Below, piece after piece: positions 1 to 8,729 of a stretch of DNA of 19,527 nucleotides. The notes under the pieces are model-generated. The model searched no databases and was not told the origin of the DNA. It saw only the letters and a list, made by a program, of their open reading frames with translations. Each line of letters starts with the position of its first letter. Position 1 is the first letter of the stretch. Location: the NCBI GenBank assembly GCA_044222065.1, contig JBGAOA010000032.1, positions 1-19,527 of the forward strand, written 5' to 3'. This DNA comes from Candidatus Eiseniibacteriota bacterium. Lineage in GTDB: Bacteria > Eisenbacteria > RBG-16-71-46. A program made the position numbers and the translations under genes.

Positions 1-1
1 C

Positions 2-1180
2 GTGGACGCGCGCGCCCTCGAGGCCGCCGTCGAGCACGATGCCGTCCGCGCCGTGCGCGATCGCGATGCCGCGCCAGCGCCGCACCTCGGGGCCGACGAG
101 CACGCTCACGAGCCCCTTCACCGCGGGCCAGCGGCGGCGGTCGCGCGCGAACACGAGCCAGCGCCGCTCGTCCGTGGGCACCTCGGCGAGCAGCGCCGAG
201 AGCGTCGTGCTGCAGCCGGAGGCGGTCGGGCCCGACACGAGCACGAGGCCCGAGGGCTCGCCGAGCAGCGCGCGCAGCTCGGCGACGTTCACGGGATCCA
301 TGCCGAGCGAATCGAGGCGCGGGCGGTCGCCGGGATCCCGCAGCAGACGCAGCGTCACGGACACGCCGTCGCCCGTGCGGAGCGTCGAGACGTGCAGCGG
401 CTGGTCGCTTCCCGCGACCTCGCAGGCGACCGACGCGACGACGTGCCCGTCGCGCTCGGGCGCGGGCGGCGCGCCGAGCGCTTCGAGCCGCGCGAGCAGC
501 GCGTCGAGCACGTCGGCGGGCTCGTGCGAACGCACGACGAGCCGGTGGCCCTCGCGGTGCGTGACGACGACGCGGCCCGCGAGCGGCACGAACTGGATCT
601 CGTGCGCGCCGTAGCGCCGCGCCTGCGCGAGGTGGAAGTGCAGGAACGACTCGCCCGAGCGGTCCCAGACGACGTCGAAGCGTCCGCCTTCGACGGGGCC
701 GCCCGGGGCGGTCGCGATCGCGCGGCGCTGGCCGCGCCGGCCGAACACCGCGTCGAGCGCGGTTTCGATCGCGCTGCGCGTCGCCGCCACGAACGAGGCC
801 GGCAGGTCCGCGAGCCGCGACACCTCGGACAGCGCGTCGAGGTCCGTCGGGTCGGCGGTCGCGACCATCAGGTGGCCGTCTTCGAACACGAGCGGCACGG
901 CCTGGATCCGGCGCAGCGCGGGCTCGGGGAGGCGCTTCACGAGCGCCGAGTCGAGCGACTCGGGGTTCACGTCCACGAACGGAACGCCGAGCTGGCGCGC
1001 GAGCGCCCAGCCGATGTCCTCCTCCGACACGAAGCCCAGCTCGACGAGCGTCTCGCCGATCCGGCGGCCCGTCTCGCGCTGCCGCGCGAGCCCGGCCTGC
1101 ACGTGCTCGTCGGTGACGACGCCGGCCTCGATGAGAATGGCCGTGATCGTCCGATGGTGGGTCGCCGGCTGTTCCTGCAC
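2..1180 (-). CDS. GspE/PilB/PulE-family protein with N-terminal MshEN domain and degenerate ATPase motifs (3'-partial)
   Basis: Translated by hand; absent from the ORF track because it has no stop in the window. GTG at 1180 with GGAGG upstream (1185-1189). Begins MQEQPATHHRTITAILIEAGVVTDEHVQAGLARQRETGRRIGETLVELGFVSEEDIGWALARQLGVPFVD, then AVPL..ATADPTD (GspE N1 domain), VTLRLL, and GLVLVSGPTASGCSTTL at the Walker A position. Confidence 0.85.
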   Translation of the reverse strand, partial: MQEQPATHHRTITAILIEAGVVTDEHVQAGLARQRETGRRIGETLVELGFVSEEDIGWALARQLGVPFVDVNPESLDSALVKRLPEPALRRIQAVPLVFEDGHLMVATADPTDLDALSEVSRLADLPASFVAATRSAIETALDAVFGRRGQRRAIATAPGGPVEGGRFDVVWDRSGESFLHFHLAQARRYGAHEIQFVPLAGRVVVTHREGHRLVVRSHEPADVLDALLARLEALGAPPAPERDGHVVASVACEVAGSDQPLHVSTLRTGDGVSVTLRLLRDPGDRPRLDSLGMDPVNVAELRALLGEPSGLVLVSGPTASGCSTTLSALLAEVPTDERRWLVFARDRRRWPAVKGLVSVLVGPEVRRWRGIAIAHGADGIVLDGGLEGARVH

Positions 1181-1330
1181 GTTCCCTCCGTTGGTTCGCG
1201 CACGCGCGAGAATGCGTCCCGGCGCGCCGGCACGACGGCCAGTATCGGAGCGACCCGCCCGACCTTGAGCGGCGGCGCGTGCGCGGGCCTTCGGCTAGAC
1301 TGCCCCGTTCCCTCGCCGAAAAGGAGCCGT

Positions 1331-2521
1331 ATGCCCGCGTTCGGACGCCGCCTGCTGCCCGAGTTCCCGCTCGATCCCTCGATCGTCTACCTGAACCACG
1401 GCACGGTGGGCGTGCCGCCGCGGCGCGTGCTCGCGGCGCAGCAGGCGATCCGCGACGAGATCGAGCTCCAGCCGTCGCGCTTCCTGCTGCGCGAGCTGAC
1501 CGCGGTGCGCGTCGGCGTGCCCGACGGCCGCCGGCCGCGGCTGCGCGCCGCCGCCGACGAGGTCGCGCCGTTCCTCGGCGCGCGGGGCGACGACCTCGTG
1601 TTCGTGGACAACGCGACGACCGGGGCGAACGCGGTGCTGCGCTCGTTCCCGCTCGCGCCCGGCGACGAGATCGTCGCGACCGACTACGGCTACGGCGCCG
1701 TGACGAACGCGGCGCGCTTCGCCGCGCGCGAGCGCGGGGCGACGCTGCGCGTGCTCGAGATGCCGTTTCCGGTCCGCGACGCCGGCGTGATCGTCGAGGG
1801 CATCGTGAACGCGCTCGGCCCGCGCACGAAGCTCGCGGTGATCGACCACGTCACGGCCGAGACGGCGCTCGTGCTGCCGATCGCCGAGATCTCCGCGCGC
1901 TGCCGCGCGCGCGGCGTGCGCGTGCTCGCCGACGGCGCGCACGCGCCGGGCGCGATCCCGCTCGACATCCCGTCGCTCGGCGTGGACTGGTATACGGGCA
2001 ACCTCCACAAGTGGATGTGGACGCCGCGCAGCAGCGCGATCCTGTGGACCGATCCCGCGCTCCAGCCGCAGCTCCATCCGACCGTGATCTCGTGGGGCCT
2101 CGACCAGGGCATGACCGCCGAGTTCGACCTGGTCGGCACGCGCGATCCGTCGCCGCACCTCGCCGCGCCGGCCGCGATCGCGCTGATGCGCGAGTACGGC
2201 GTCGAGGCGGTGCAGCGCTGGAACCACGCGCTCGCGTGGACGGCGGCGCACGCGCTCGCGGCGCGCTGGCGCACCGGATTCGAGACGCCCGAGTCGCTGA
2301 TCGGCACGATGGCGACGATCACGCTGCCCGAGTCGCTCGGGTCCGCGATGGAGGACGCGGCGCGGCTCCGGGACGCGCTGCTGTTCGAGGACCGCATCGA
2401 AGCGCAGGTCGGCGCTCGCGGCGGGCGGCTGCGGCTCCGGATCTCGGCCCAGGTCTACAACGACGCCTCCGATTTCGAACGGCTGGGCGACGCCGTCGCG
2501 CGCCGCGCGGGACTCGCGTGA
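1331..2521 (+). CDS. Aminotransferase class V-fold PLP-dependent enzyme (isopenicillin N epimerase / cysteine desulfhydrase / Egt2-like)
   Basis: AAGGAG at 1321-1326 before ATG 1331. Motifs YLNHGTVG, FVDNATTG, IDHVT, DGAHAPG, DWYTGNLHKW (PLP lysine), GTRD, LRISAQVYN. 396 aa. Confidence 0.9.
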   Translation: MPAFGRRLLPEFPLDPSIVYLNHGTVGVPPRRVLAAQQAIRDEIELQPSRFLLRELTAVRVGVPDGRRPRLRAAADEVAPFLGARGDDLVFVDNATTGANAVLRSFPLAPGDEIVATDYGYGAVTNAARFAARERGATLRVLEMPFPVRDAGVIVEGIVNALGPRTKLAVIDHVTAETALVLPIAEISARCRARGVRVLADGAHAPGAIPLDIPSLGVDWYTGNLHKWMWTPRSSAILWTDPALQPQLHPTVISWGLDQGMTAEFDLVGTRDPSPHLAAPAAIALMREYGVEAVQRWNHALAWTAAHALAARWRTGFETPESLIGTMATITLPESLGSAMEDAARLRDALLFEDRIEAQVGARGGRLRLRISAQVYNDASDFERLGDAVARRAGLA

Positions 2522-2919
2522 ACGAGGGCGGCGCGAAGGCGCCAGCGATCGCGGACGCCGAGCTCCCCGCGACCGGCGCGCGCATCGCCGCGATCGTGGC
2601 GCTGCTCCTGCTCGGCGCGCATTTCCTGCGCCGCGGCGACCTGGGGTTCGTGGTCGTCTGCCTCGCGCTGTGCCTCGCCGTGCTCGTGCGGCGCCGCGGC
2701 TGGACGCGGATCGTGATCGCGGCGCTCGTGCTCGGTGCCGGCGTGTGGCTCCGGACGCTCGCGACGGGCGTCGCCGAGCGCGCGGCGATCCACGAAGGCG
2801 CATTCCGGCTCGCCGCGATCCTCGGCGCCGTCCTTCTGTTCACGCTCGGCGCGGCGTTCGCGCTGCTCTCGGCGACCCACCGGCGCGAAGGCTGGCGCTG
2901 GGTCGCGCGCACCGAATAG
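2518..2919 (+). CDS. Small integral membrane protein, about 4 TM segments, unknown function
   Basis: GTG overlaps the upstream stop (GTGA, 2518-2521). 133 aa with hydrophobic stretches LLLLGAHFLRRG, FVVVCLALCLAVLV, IVIAALVLGAGVW, RLAAILGAVLLFTLGA. Confidence 0.75.
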   Translation: MNEGGAKAPAIADAELPATGARIAAIVALLLLGAHFLRRGDLGFVVVCLALCLAVLVRRRGWTRIVIAALVLGAGVWLRTLATGVAERAAIHEGAFRLAAILGAVLLFTLGAAFALLSATHRREGWRWVARTE

Positions 2920-2960
2920 AGTCCGCCCGGACCGTCACCCGTTTCGCCGGAGGCCCCCGC

Positions 2961-4397
2961 ATGCCGCGCCGCCCTTGGCTCCTCACGCTGTTCGCGTCCC
3001 TGCTGTTCGTCGCGCCCGCGCGCGCCGAGGGACCCGCGCTCGATCCGCGGCTGCACCGCGACGCGGAACGCCTCATTGGCGCCGCGCTCGCGAGCGATCA
3101 CGCCTACGAACGCCTGTCCGAACTGTGCGACGGCATCGGTCATCGCCTGTCGGGCTCGGAGCCGCTCGAGCGCGCGGTGCGCTGGGCCGCCTCGGCGATG
3201 CGCGAGGACGGGCTCGACCGCGTGTGGCTCCAGGAGGCGACCGTGCCGCACTGGGTGCGCGGCGAGGAGCGCGCGGACATGGTCGAGCCGGGACCGCAGC
3301 GGCTCACGATCCTCGGCCTCGGGCGCAGCGTCGGCACGCCCGAAGGCGGGATCACCGCCGATGTCGTGTGCGTCGGCAGCTTCGCACGGCTCGATTCGCT
3401 GCCGGACGCCGCGGTGCGCGGCCGCATCGTGCTCTACGACGTGCCGTACACGAACTACGGCGAGACCGTGCGCTACCGGGGCGCGGGCGCGAACCGCGCC
3501 GCCGCGCGCGGCGCCGTCGCCGCGCTCGTGCGGTCGGTCGGCCCCGTGAGCCTGCGCACGCCGCACACCGGGGCGATGTCGGACTACAACGACTCGATCC
3601 CGAAGATCCCGGCCGCCGCAGTCACGATCGAGGACGCGACGATGATGCACCGGCTGCTCGATCGCGGCGTGCGCGTGCGCGTCCGGCTCGAGATGGCGGC
3701 CCGCACGCTGCCGGATGCCGGGTCGCACAACGTGATCGGCGAGATCCGCGGACGCGAGCGCCCGGACGAGATCGTGGCGCTCGGCGGGCACCTCGACTCG
3801 TGGGACGTCGGCCAGGGCGCGCACGACGACGGCGGCGGCTGCGTGATCTCGATGGAGGCGCTGCGGCTCATGAAGTCGCTCGGCCTGAAGCCCCGCCGCA
3901 CGGTTCGCTGCGTGCTGTGGACGAACGAGGAGAACGGATTGCGCGGCGCGCGCGCCTACGCCGATTCCGCGCGCAACGCGCGCGAGACGCACGTCGCCGC
4001 GATCGAGAGCGACGGCGGCGTCGAGCGGCTCGTGGGCTTCGGCGTGCGCGTGAACCGCGCGGGCGTCGACTCGCTCGACGCGGCGCGCCAGCAGCGCGCG
4101 GTCGAGGCGCTGCGCGCGATCGCACCGCTGCTCGCGGGGCTCGGCGGCGACGCGGTGAGCGAGGACGGCGGCGGCGCCGACATCGGCCCGCTCATGCGGT
4201 TCGGCGTCCCGGGACTCGCGCACCGCACGTCGATGGAGCACTACTTCGACTGGCACCACACGCCGTCGGACATGCTCGACAAGGTGGACCCGGTCGAGCT
4301 GCGCAAGAACGCCGCCGCGATGGCGGTGATGGCGTACCTCCTCGCGGAGCTGCCCGAGCCGCTCGGCGGCGCGGCCCCCGCCGCGCGCGGGCGATAG
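2961..4397 (+). CDS. Secreted M28-family zinc peptidase with PA domain (carboxypeptidase Q-like)
   Basis: GGAGG upstream of ATG 2961. Signal peptide ending ARA. Motifs GHRLSGS, PHTG, GGHLDSWDVGQGAHDDGGG, TNEENGL, ESDGG, YFDWHHTPSD. 478 aa. Confidence 0.92.
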   Translation: MPRRPWLLTLFASLLFVAPARAEGPALDPRLHRDAERLIGAALASDHAYERLSELCDGIGHRLSGSEPLERAVRWAASAMREDGLDRVWLQEATVPHWVRGEERADMVEPGPQRLTILGLGRSVGTPEGGITADVVCVGSFARLDSLPDAAVRGRIVLYDVPYTNYGETVRYRGAGANRAAARGAVAALVRSVGPVSLRTPHTGAMSDYNDSIPKIPAAAVTIEDATMMHRLLDRGVRVRVRLEMAARTLPDAGSHNVIGEIRGRERPDEIVALGGHLDSWDVGQGAHDDGGGCVISMEALRLMKSLGLKPRRTVRCVLWTNEENGLRGARAYADSARNARETHVAAIESDGGVERLVGFGVRVNRAGVDSLDAARQQRAVEALRAIAPLLAGLGGDAVSEDGGGADIGPLMRFGVPGLAHRTSMEHYFDWHHTPSDMLDKVDPVELRKNAAAMAVMAYLLAELPEPLGGAAPAARGR

Positions 4398-4410
4398 CGC
4401 GCAGCGACGG

Positions 4411-4929
4411 ATGCGACGCGGCCGCGACGCACTGATCGTCCTCGCGGGCTACGCGCTCGCACTCGCATGCGCGCTCGTCGCGGCGCGGGTCTACGACGCG
4501 GAGCTCACGCGGCGCGCCGTCTCGGACGGCATGGCCGCGTTCGGCACCGCGATGTTCTTCGGCGCGGTGTTCCTCGGGCTCTCGCTCGTGCCGACGGGCT
4601 ACGCGCTCTGGCGACTGCGCGCCTCGGTGCGATTCTGGAACGTCGTGCTCGCCGCGGGAATCGGCGTCGCGATCACGGGTGCGGCCGGCGCGCTCGAGTG
4701 GGTCCGCGCCATGGGCGCGGCGCCGCAGGCGGGCGCGTGGCTGTTCGTCACGACGGCGGCGATCGTGCGCGTGCTCGCGGCCCCGCTCGTCGCGGCGTTC
4801 TTCGCGCTCGCGGCGTTCCTCGCGCCCGAGCTGCGCCAGCGCCGCACGTTCGCAGCGCTCGCGCTGCTCGATCTCGTGATCGGCGGGCTCGTGCTGTTCG
4901 TGCTCGTGAGCGGCCTCGCGCGCCGCTGA
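4411..4929 (+). CDS. Hypothetical polytopic membrane protein (about 5 TM)
   Basis: 172-aa ORF 13 nt after the peptidase stop. About five hydrophobic segments and G/C-ending codons. Confidence 0.7.
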   Translation: MRRGRDALIVLAGYALALACALVAARVYDAELTRRAVSDGMAAFGTAMFFGAVFLGLSLVPTGYALWRLRASVRFWNVVLAAGIGVAITGAAGALEWVRAMGAAPQAGAWLFVTTAAIVRVLAAPLVAAFFALAAFLAPELRQRRTFAALALLDLVIGGLVLFVLVSGLARR

Positions 4930-4939
4930 ACGCGGCGTG

Positions 4940-5779
4940 CTACTCGAGGCGCTTCTTCAGGAACGCGATCGTCCGCGGCCATGCCGCCTCGGTGGCCTTG
5001 CGGTTCGCGCCGTCCCGGCCGTCCTGCTGGCGCAGGAAGCCGTGGCCGGCGCCGTCGTAGACGAACGCCTCGTAGGCGCCCTTCTTCGCGCCGAGCGCCG
5101 CCTTCGCCGCCGGGATCGTCGCGTTCACGCGCGCGTCGTCGCCGCCGTAGTGCCCCTGGACGGGCGCGCTCACGCGCAGCAGCGTCGCGCTGTCGGGCGT
5201 CGTGCCGTAGTAGACGACGCACGCGCCGGGCGCGGGAGACGTCGCGGCCTGCTCGAAGCTGCGCGCGCCGCCCCAGCAGTATCCGACCGTGCCGAAGCGC
5301 CCGTTCGAGGCCGGGAGCTTCAGCGCCCAGTCGCGCACGGCCGCGATCCGCGCGTGCGTCTCGTCGGCCGAGAGTCCGCGCACGAGCTGCACGACGCCGT
5401 CGCGGTCGGGCACGGACTCGGTGCCGCCGCCGTTCGGTCCGAGGCCCGAGATCAGGTCGGGCGCGACCGCGACGAAGCCCGCGGCCGCGAGTTCGTCCGC
5501 GACGCCGCGGATCCAGTCCGAGAGCCCGAAGATCTCGTGGATCACGATCACGACCGGCGCCTTCGTCTTGCGTTCCGGGTACATGACCCAGGTGCGGATC
5601 GGCGCCCGGCCCTCGCCGTAAGCCACGTCCACGAGTTCGCCGTGACGCGACGTCTCGTTGAGCCGGCGCTTCGCCTCGAGTTCGCCGGGGGGGAGCGTGC
5701 CCTTCGGCGCGGCGAGTGCGGGAAGCGCGATGACAGCGAGTGCGATCAGCGCGGCGAGCGAGAGCGAGCGAGTGCGCAT
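4940..5779 (-). CDS. Dienelactone hydrolase family protein with signal peptide
   Basis: AAGGAG upstream of ATG 5779. Signal peptide MRTRSLSLAALIALAVIALPALA. Motifs IHEIFGL, AVAPDL, GYCWGG (Cys nucleophile), YYG, GGDDARV, YDGAGHGF, AWPRTIAFL. 279 aa. Confidence 0.92.
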   Translation of the reverse strand: MRTRSLSLAALIALAVIALPALAAPKGTLPPGELEAKRRLNETSRHGELVDVAYGEGRAPIRTWVMYPERKTKAPVVIVIHEIFGLSDWIRGVADELAAAGFVAVAPDLISGLGPNGGGTESVPDRDGVVQLVRGLSADETHARIAAVRDWALKLPASNGRFGTVGYCWGGARSFEQAATSPAPGACVVYYGTTPDSATLLRVSAPVQGHYGGDDARVNATIPAAKAALGAKKGAYEAFVYDGAGHGFLRQQDGRDGANRKATEAAWPRTIAFLKKRLE

Positions 5780-5826
5780 CGGAGGCTCCTTCGGAGTGCG
5801 GAACGGGGCGCGCGGCCGCGCGAGCG

Positions 5827-6369
5827 TCAGTCGGCCGGCTGAAGCGTGCGGTTCAGCCGCGCGACATCGTAGCCCTGCGAGCGCAGCCGATCGAGGATGC
5901 CGTCGTAGACCTCGGGCGCGAGCGTCCGCGTCCGCGACAGGATCCACAGGTACTTGCGATTGGCGGTGCCGACGGCGGCGTACTCGTACTCGGGACCGAG
6001 GTCGAGGATCCAGTAGTCGCCGGAGAACGGCCAGAAGAACGACACCTTGAGCTTCGCGTTCGTCTCGCGGTCCACGATGCGCGCCCGGCCGCGCGCGAGG
6101 GTTTCGCGCCCGGCGAGCGAGTCGCGGAAGCAGCGGTTGAGCACGTCCACCTGGCCGTCGGGGCGGATCTCGTACGTCGCCGTCGTGCCGGTGCACCCGC
6201 GCTGGAACCAGGCGGGGAAGCTCGCGATCTCGTACCAGGTGCCGGTGTAGCGCGCGAGCTCGACGCGCGGGACGACCTGCGGATCGGAGCGGCGCTCCGC
6301 GCGCGCGGACGCGCCGGCGAGTGCGACGGAGAGTGCGAAGGCGAGGGCGAGAGCGGGGCGGGCGGTCAT
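5827..6369 (-). CDS. blc: Bacterial lipocalin (Blc-like)
   Basis: Motifs VELARYTGTWYEIA, TTATY, VLNRC, KLKVSFFWPFSGDYWIL, YLWILSR. N-terminal signal peptide. 180 aa. Confidence 0.9.
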   Translation of the reverse strand: MTARPALALAFALSVALAGASARAERRSDPQVVPRVELARYTGTWYEIASFPAWFQRGCTGTTATYEIRPDGQVDVLNRCFRDSLAGRETLARGRARIVDRETNAKLKVSFFWPFSGDYWILDLGPEYEYAAVGTANRKYLWILSRTRTLAPEVYDGILDRLRSQGYDVARLNRTLQPAD

Positions 6370-6409
6370 GGTCGTGGCCGCGCACCGTAGCGTCCGGGGC
6401 GGCGCGCGT

Positions 6410-7882
6410 CTAGAGGCCGGCGGGCAGCTCGACCGCGATCGCGAGTCCGCGCGGCGTGCGCGCGCTCGCGCGCGCCTCGCCGCCGTGGCGGCGCACGATC
6501 TCGCGCACGATCGCGAGTCCGAGTCCCGAGCCCTCGCGCGCCTCGGCCGCCTCGTTCCGGGGACGCGCCGCGGCGCGGTAGAAACGCTCGAACAGCCGCT
6601 CGATCTCCTCGGGCGGCGCGCCGGGTCCGTCGTCCTCGACCGTGAGCCGGAAGCCCGCCGCGCCTTCCTCCAGCGCCGCCGGCGCGAGCGACAGCGTCAC
6701 CGTGCCGCCCGCGGGCACGTAGCGGAGCGCGTTCTGGAGCAGGTTCTCGATCACCTGTTCGAGCCGGTGGCCGTCGGCCGACACCCACGCGTCGCGCGCG
6801 CCCTCGCGCCACGCGAGCGTGAGCCCGGCGCGCGCGAAGCGCGGTTCGAAGCGCTGGGCGACGTTGCGGCACAGCGCGGCCCAGTCGAGCCGTTCGCGCT
6901 CGAGCGGCGAGGCGCCGGCTTCGAGGCGCGCGAGATCGAACAGGTCGCGGATCAGCCGGTCGAGACGCCGCGTCTCCTCGAGCATGTTTCCGAGGTAGCG
7001 GCCGCGCTCGTCGTCGCTCACGGGCACGTTCGGCGCGAGCAGCGTCTCGGTGTAGCCGCGGATGGACGTGAGCGGCGTGGCGAGTTCGTGCGTGATGTCG
7101 GCGAACAGCTGCCGTCGCTGCGCCTCCTCGCGCTGGAGCCGGGCGCGCGCCTCGTCGAGCCGCTCCGCCATCTCGTTGAAGCGGCCCGACAGCCGCCCGA
7201 TCTCGTCGCCGCGGTCGTCCGCGATGCGCGCGGTCAGGTCGTGCGCCGCGACTTTCTGCGCGAACTCCTCGAGCGTGCGCAACCGCCGCACGAGCAGCCG
7301 CACCATGACGAGCGCCGCGACGAGCGAGGCGAGCAGCGCCGTCGGCAGCGACAGCAGCAGCGCGTTCGGCGACAGCGGCCAGGGACCGCGGTTCGGGCGC
7401 GGCAGGTAGAGCACGAGCAGCGTGCCGAGGCGCGATCCTGCGTGCTCGACGACGTGCGAGACGAGCACGCGCGGTCGCGGCGGCGTCTCGCGCCCGCGCG
7501 GATCGGCCGGGTCGCGCGGCGGCGGCTCGCGGCCGTCGAGCAGATCGACGAGCGCGCGGCCGCGCTCGGGACGATCGCTCGCGATCCAGCCGTCGGTGGA
7601 ACGGAACACGACGGGCAGCCGCAGCTCGGACTCGACGCGGATGCGCTCGATCACGGCGTGCCAGCGCGCGCTGTCGGGCAGCGCGGGATCGGCGGCGATC
7701 TCGCTCGTCATGCGTCCGACCGCGATTTCGGCGCGGGCGTGGAGGTCGCGCTCTTCGAGAGGGCGCAGCACCGCGACGGCGACGAACACCTGCGCGAGCG
7801 TGCCGAACAGCGCCGCGACGAGGAACACGCCCGCGACCGTCCAGAACACGCTGCGCGGCGCGCGGCCCGGACGCACGCTCAT
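6410..7882 (-). CDS. Membrane sensor histidine kinase (2 TM, HAMP, HisKA, HATPase_c)
   Basis: ATG 7882 overlaps the regulator stop (ATGA). Two TM segments; HAMP RGDEIGRLSGRFNEMAERL; H-box ADITHELATPL; N-box ENLLQNALRY; G1 EDDGPG; F-box LFERFYR; G2 GSGLGLAIV. 490 aa. Confidence 0.95.
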   Translation of the reverse strand: MSVRPGRAPRSVFWTVAGVFLVAALFGTLAQVFVAVAVLRPLEERDLHARAEIAVGRMTSEIAADPALPDSARWHAVIERIRVESELRLPVVFRSTDGWIASDRPERGRALVDLLDGREPPPRDPADPRGRETPPRPRVLVSHVVEHAGSRLGTLLVLYLPRPNRGPWPLSPNALLLSLPTALLASLVAALVMVRLLVRRLRTLEEFAQKVAAHDLTARIADDRGDEIGRLSGRFNEMAERLDEARARLQREEAQRRQLFADITHELATPLTSIRGYTETLLAPNVPVSDDERGRYLGNMLEETRRLDRLIRDLFDLARLEAGASPLERERLDWAALCRNVAQRFEPRFARAGLTLAWREGARDAWVSADGHRLEQVIENLLQNALRYVPAGGTVTLSLAPAALEEGAAGFRLTVEDDGPGAPPEEIERLFERFYRAAARPRNEAAEAREGSGLGLAIVREIVRRHGGEARASARTPRGLAIAVELPAGL

Positions 7883-8562
7883 CCCTGCTCCGCGAAGCGA
7901 TAGCCCGCGCCCCACACGGTCTGGAGGTAGCGCGGCTTCGAGGGATCGGGTTCGAGCTTGTGCCGGAGCCGCGAGACGAGGCTGTCGATCGAACGATCGT
8001 CCACGACGCGGTCGCTGCCCCACACCTGCTCCATCAGCGCCTCGCGGCTGAACACGCGCCCGGGCCTGGAGGCGAGGAAGTAGAGCAGATCGAATTCGAG
8101 CGTCGTCACGGCGACCGCTTCGCCGCCGCGCTCGACGGCGCGCTTCGCCGGATCCACGCGCAGGTCCCCCGCCTGCACGAGCTGCTCGCGCAGGGCGCCC
8201 GTGGCGCGCCGCAGCAGCGCGCGCACGCGCGCGAGCAGCTCGGCGGTGCTGAACGGCTTCGTCACGTAGTCGTCGGCGCCGAGCTCGAGCCCGAGCAGCT
8301 TGTCGCTCTCGCTCGTGCGCGCGGTGAGCATCAGGATGAGCACGTCGCTCGACTGGCGGAGCCGCCGCGTCACCTGCAGTCCGTCGAGTCCGGGCAGGCC
8401 GAGGTCGAGCAGCACGAGGTCGGGCCGCCAGCGCTCGAACTCGGCGAGCGCGTGGCCGCCGTCCTCGGACACGCGGCACTCGTAGCCGCCCGCCTCGAGG
8501 TTCTTCGTCACCATCTCGGCGATGCGGCGGTCGTCCTCGACGATGAGGATGCGCTGACTCAC
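7879..8562 (-). CDS. OmpR/PhoB-family DNA-binding response regulator
   Basis: GTG 8562 preceded by AAAGGA. Motifs ILIVEDD, LVLLDLGLPGLDG, MLTAR, LGADDYVTKPFS, and winged helix TTLEFDLL..SRLRHKLE..YLQTVWGAGYRF. 227 aa. Confidence 0.95.
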   Translation of the reverse strand: MSQRILIVEDDRRIAEMVTKNLEAGGYECRVSEDGGHALAEFERWRPDLVLLDLGLPGLDGLQVTRRLRQSSDVLILMLTARTSESDKLLGLELGADDYVTKPFSTAELLARVRALLRRATGALREQLVQAGDLRVDPAKRAVERGGEAVAVTTLEFDLLYFLASRPGRVFSREALMEQVWGSDRVVDDRSIDSLVSRLRHKLEPDPSKPRYLQTVWGAGYRFAEQG

Positions 8563-8610
8563 GAACCGTCCTTTCCGCACGAGCGCTCGCGCGCCCGCGT
8601 GCGATCCACG

Positions 8611-8729
8611 CTACGCGGCGAATGTGGCAGAACTGTGTCAGAGCGTCACGAGAGTGCGGCAATCGGCCGCCGCGTCCGCGCCCACAATTCCCACCGCTCC
8701 GCCACAGTTCTGCCACATCCGCGGCGTAG
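8611..8729. promoter_or_regulatory. 35-bp inverted repeat pair; probable response-regulator boxes at divergent promoters
   Basis: Arms 8611-8645 and 8695-8729 match at 31/35 with a perfect 16-bp core ATGTGGCAGAACTGTG (8622-8637 / 8703-8718). Each arm holds two G(C/A)CACA hexamers at 11-bp period followed 9 nt later by TAG. Confidence 0.7.

Noticed and set aside
2..1330. 839-aa ORF 2..2521 as a long N-terminal fusion to the PLP enzyme
   Set aside because: The first ~440 codons are the antisense shadow of the minus-strand GspE-like gene plus intergenic DNA. A good SD precedes ATG 1331.
1331..2521. Specific assignment as cefD or egtE, implying beta-lactam or ergothioneine biosynthesis
   Set aside because: The motifs support only the subfamily, and no other pathway genes are in the window.
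8611..8729. Inverted repeat as an invertible phase-variation switch or IS ends
   Set aside because: The spacer is only 49 bp, no recombinase or transposase is in the window, and the internal tandem-box layout fits regulator sites better. Read-orientation data could still test it.
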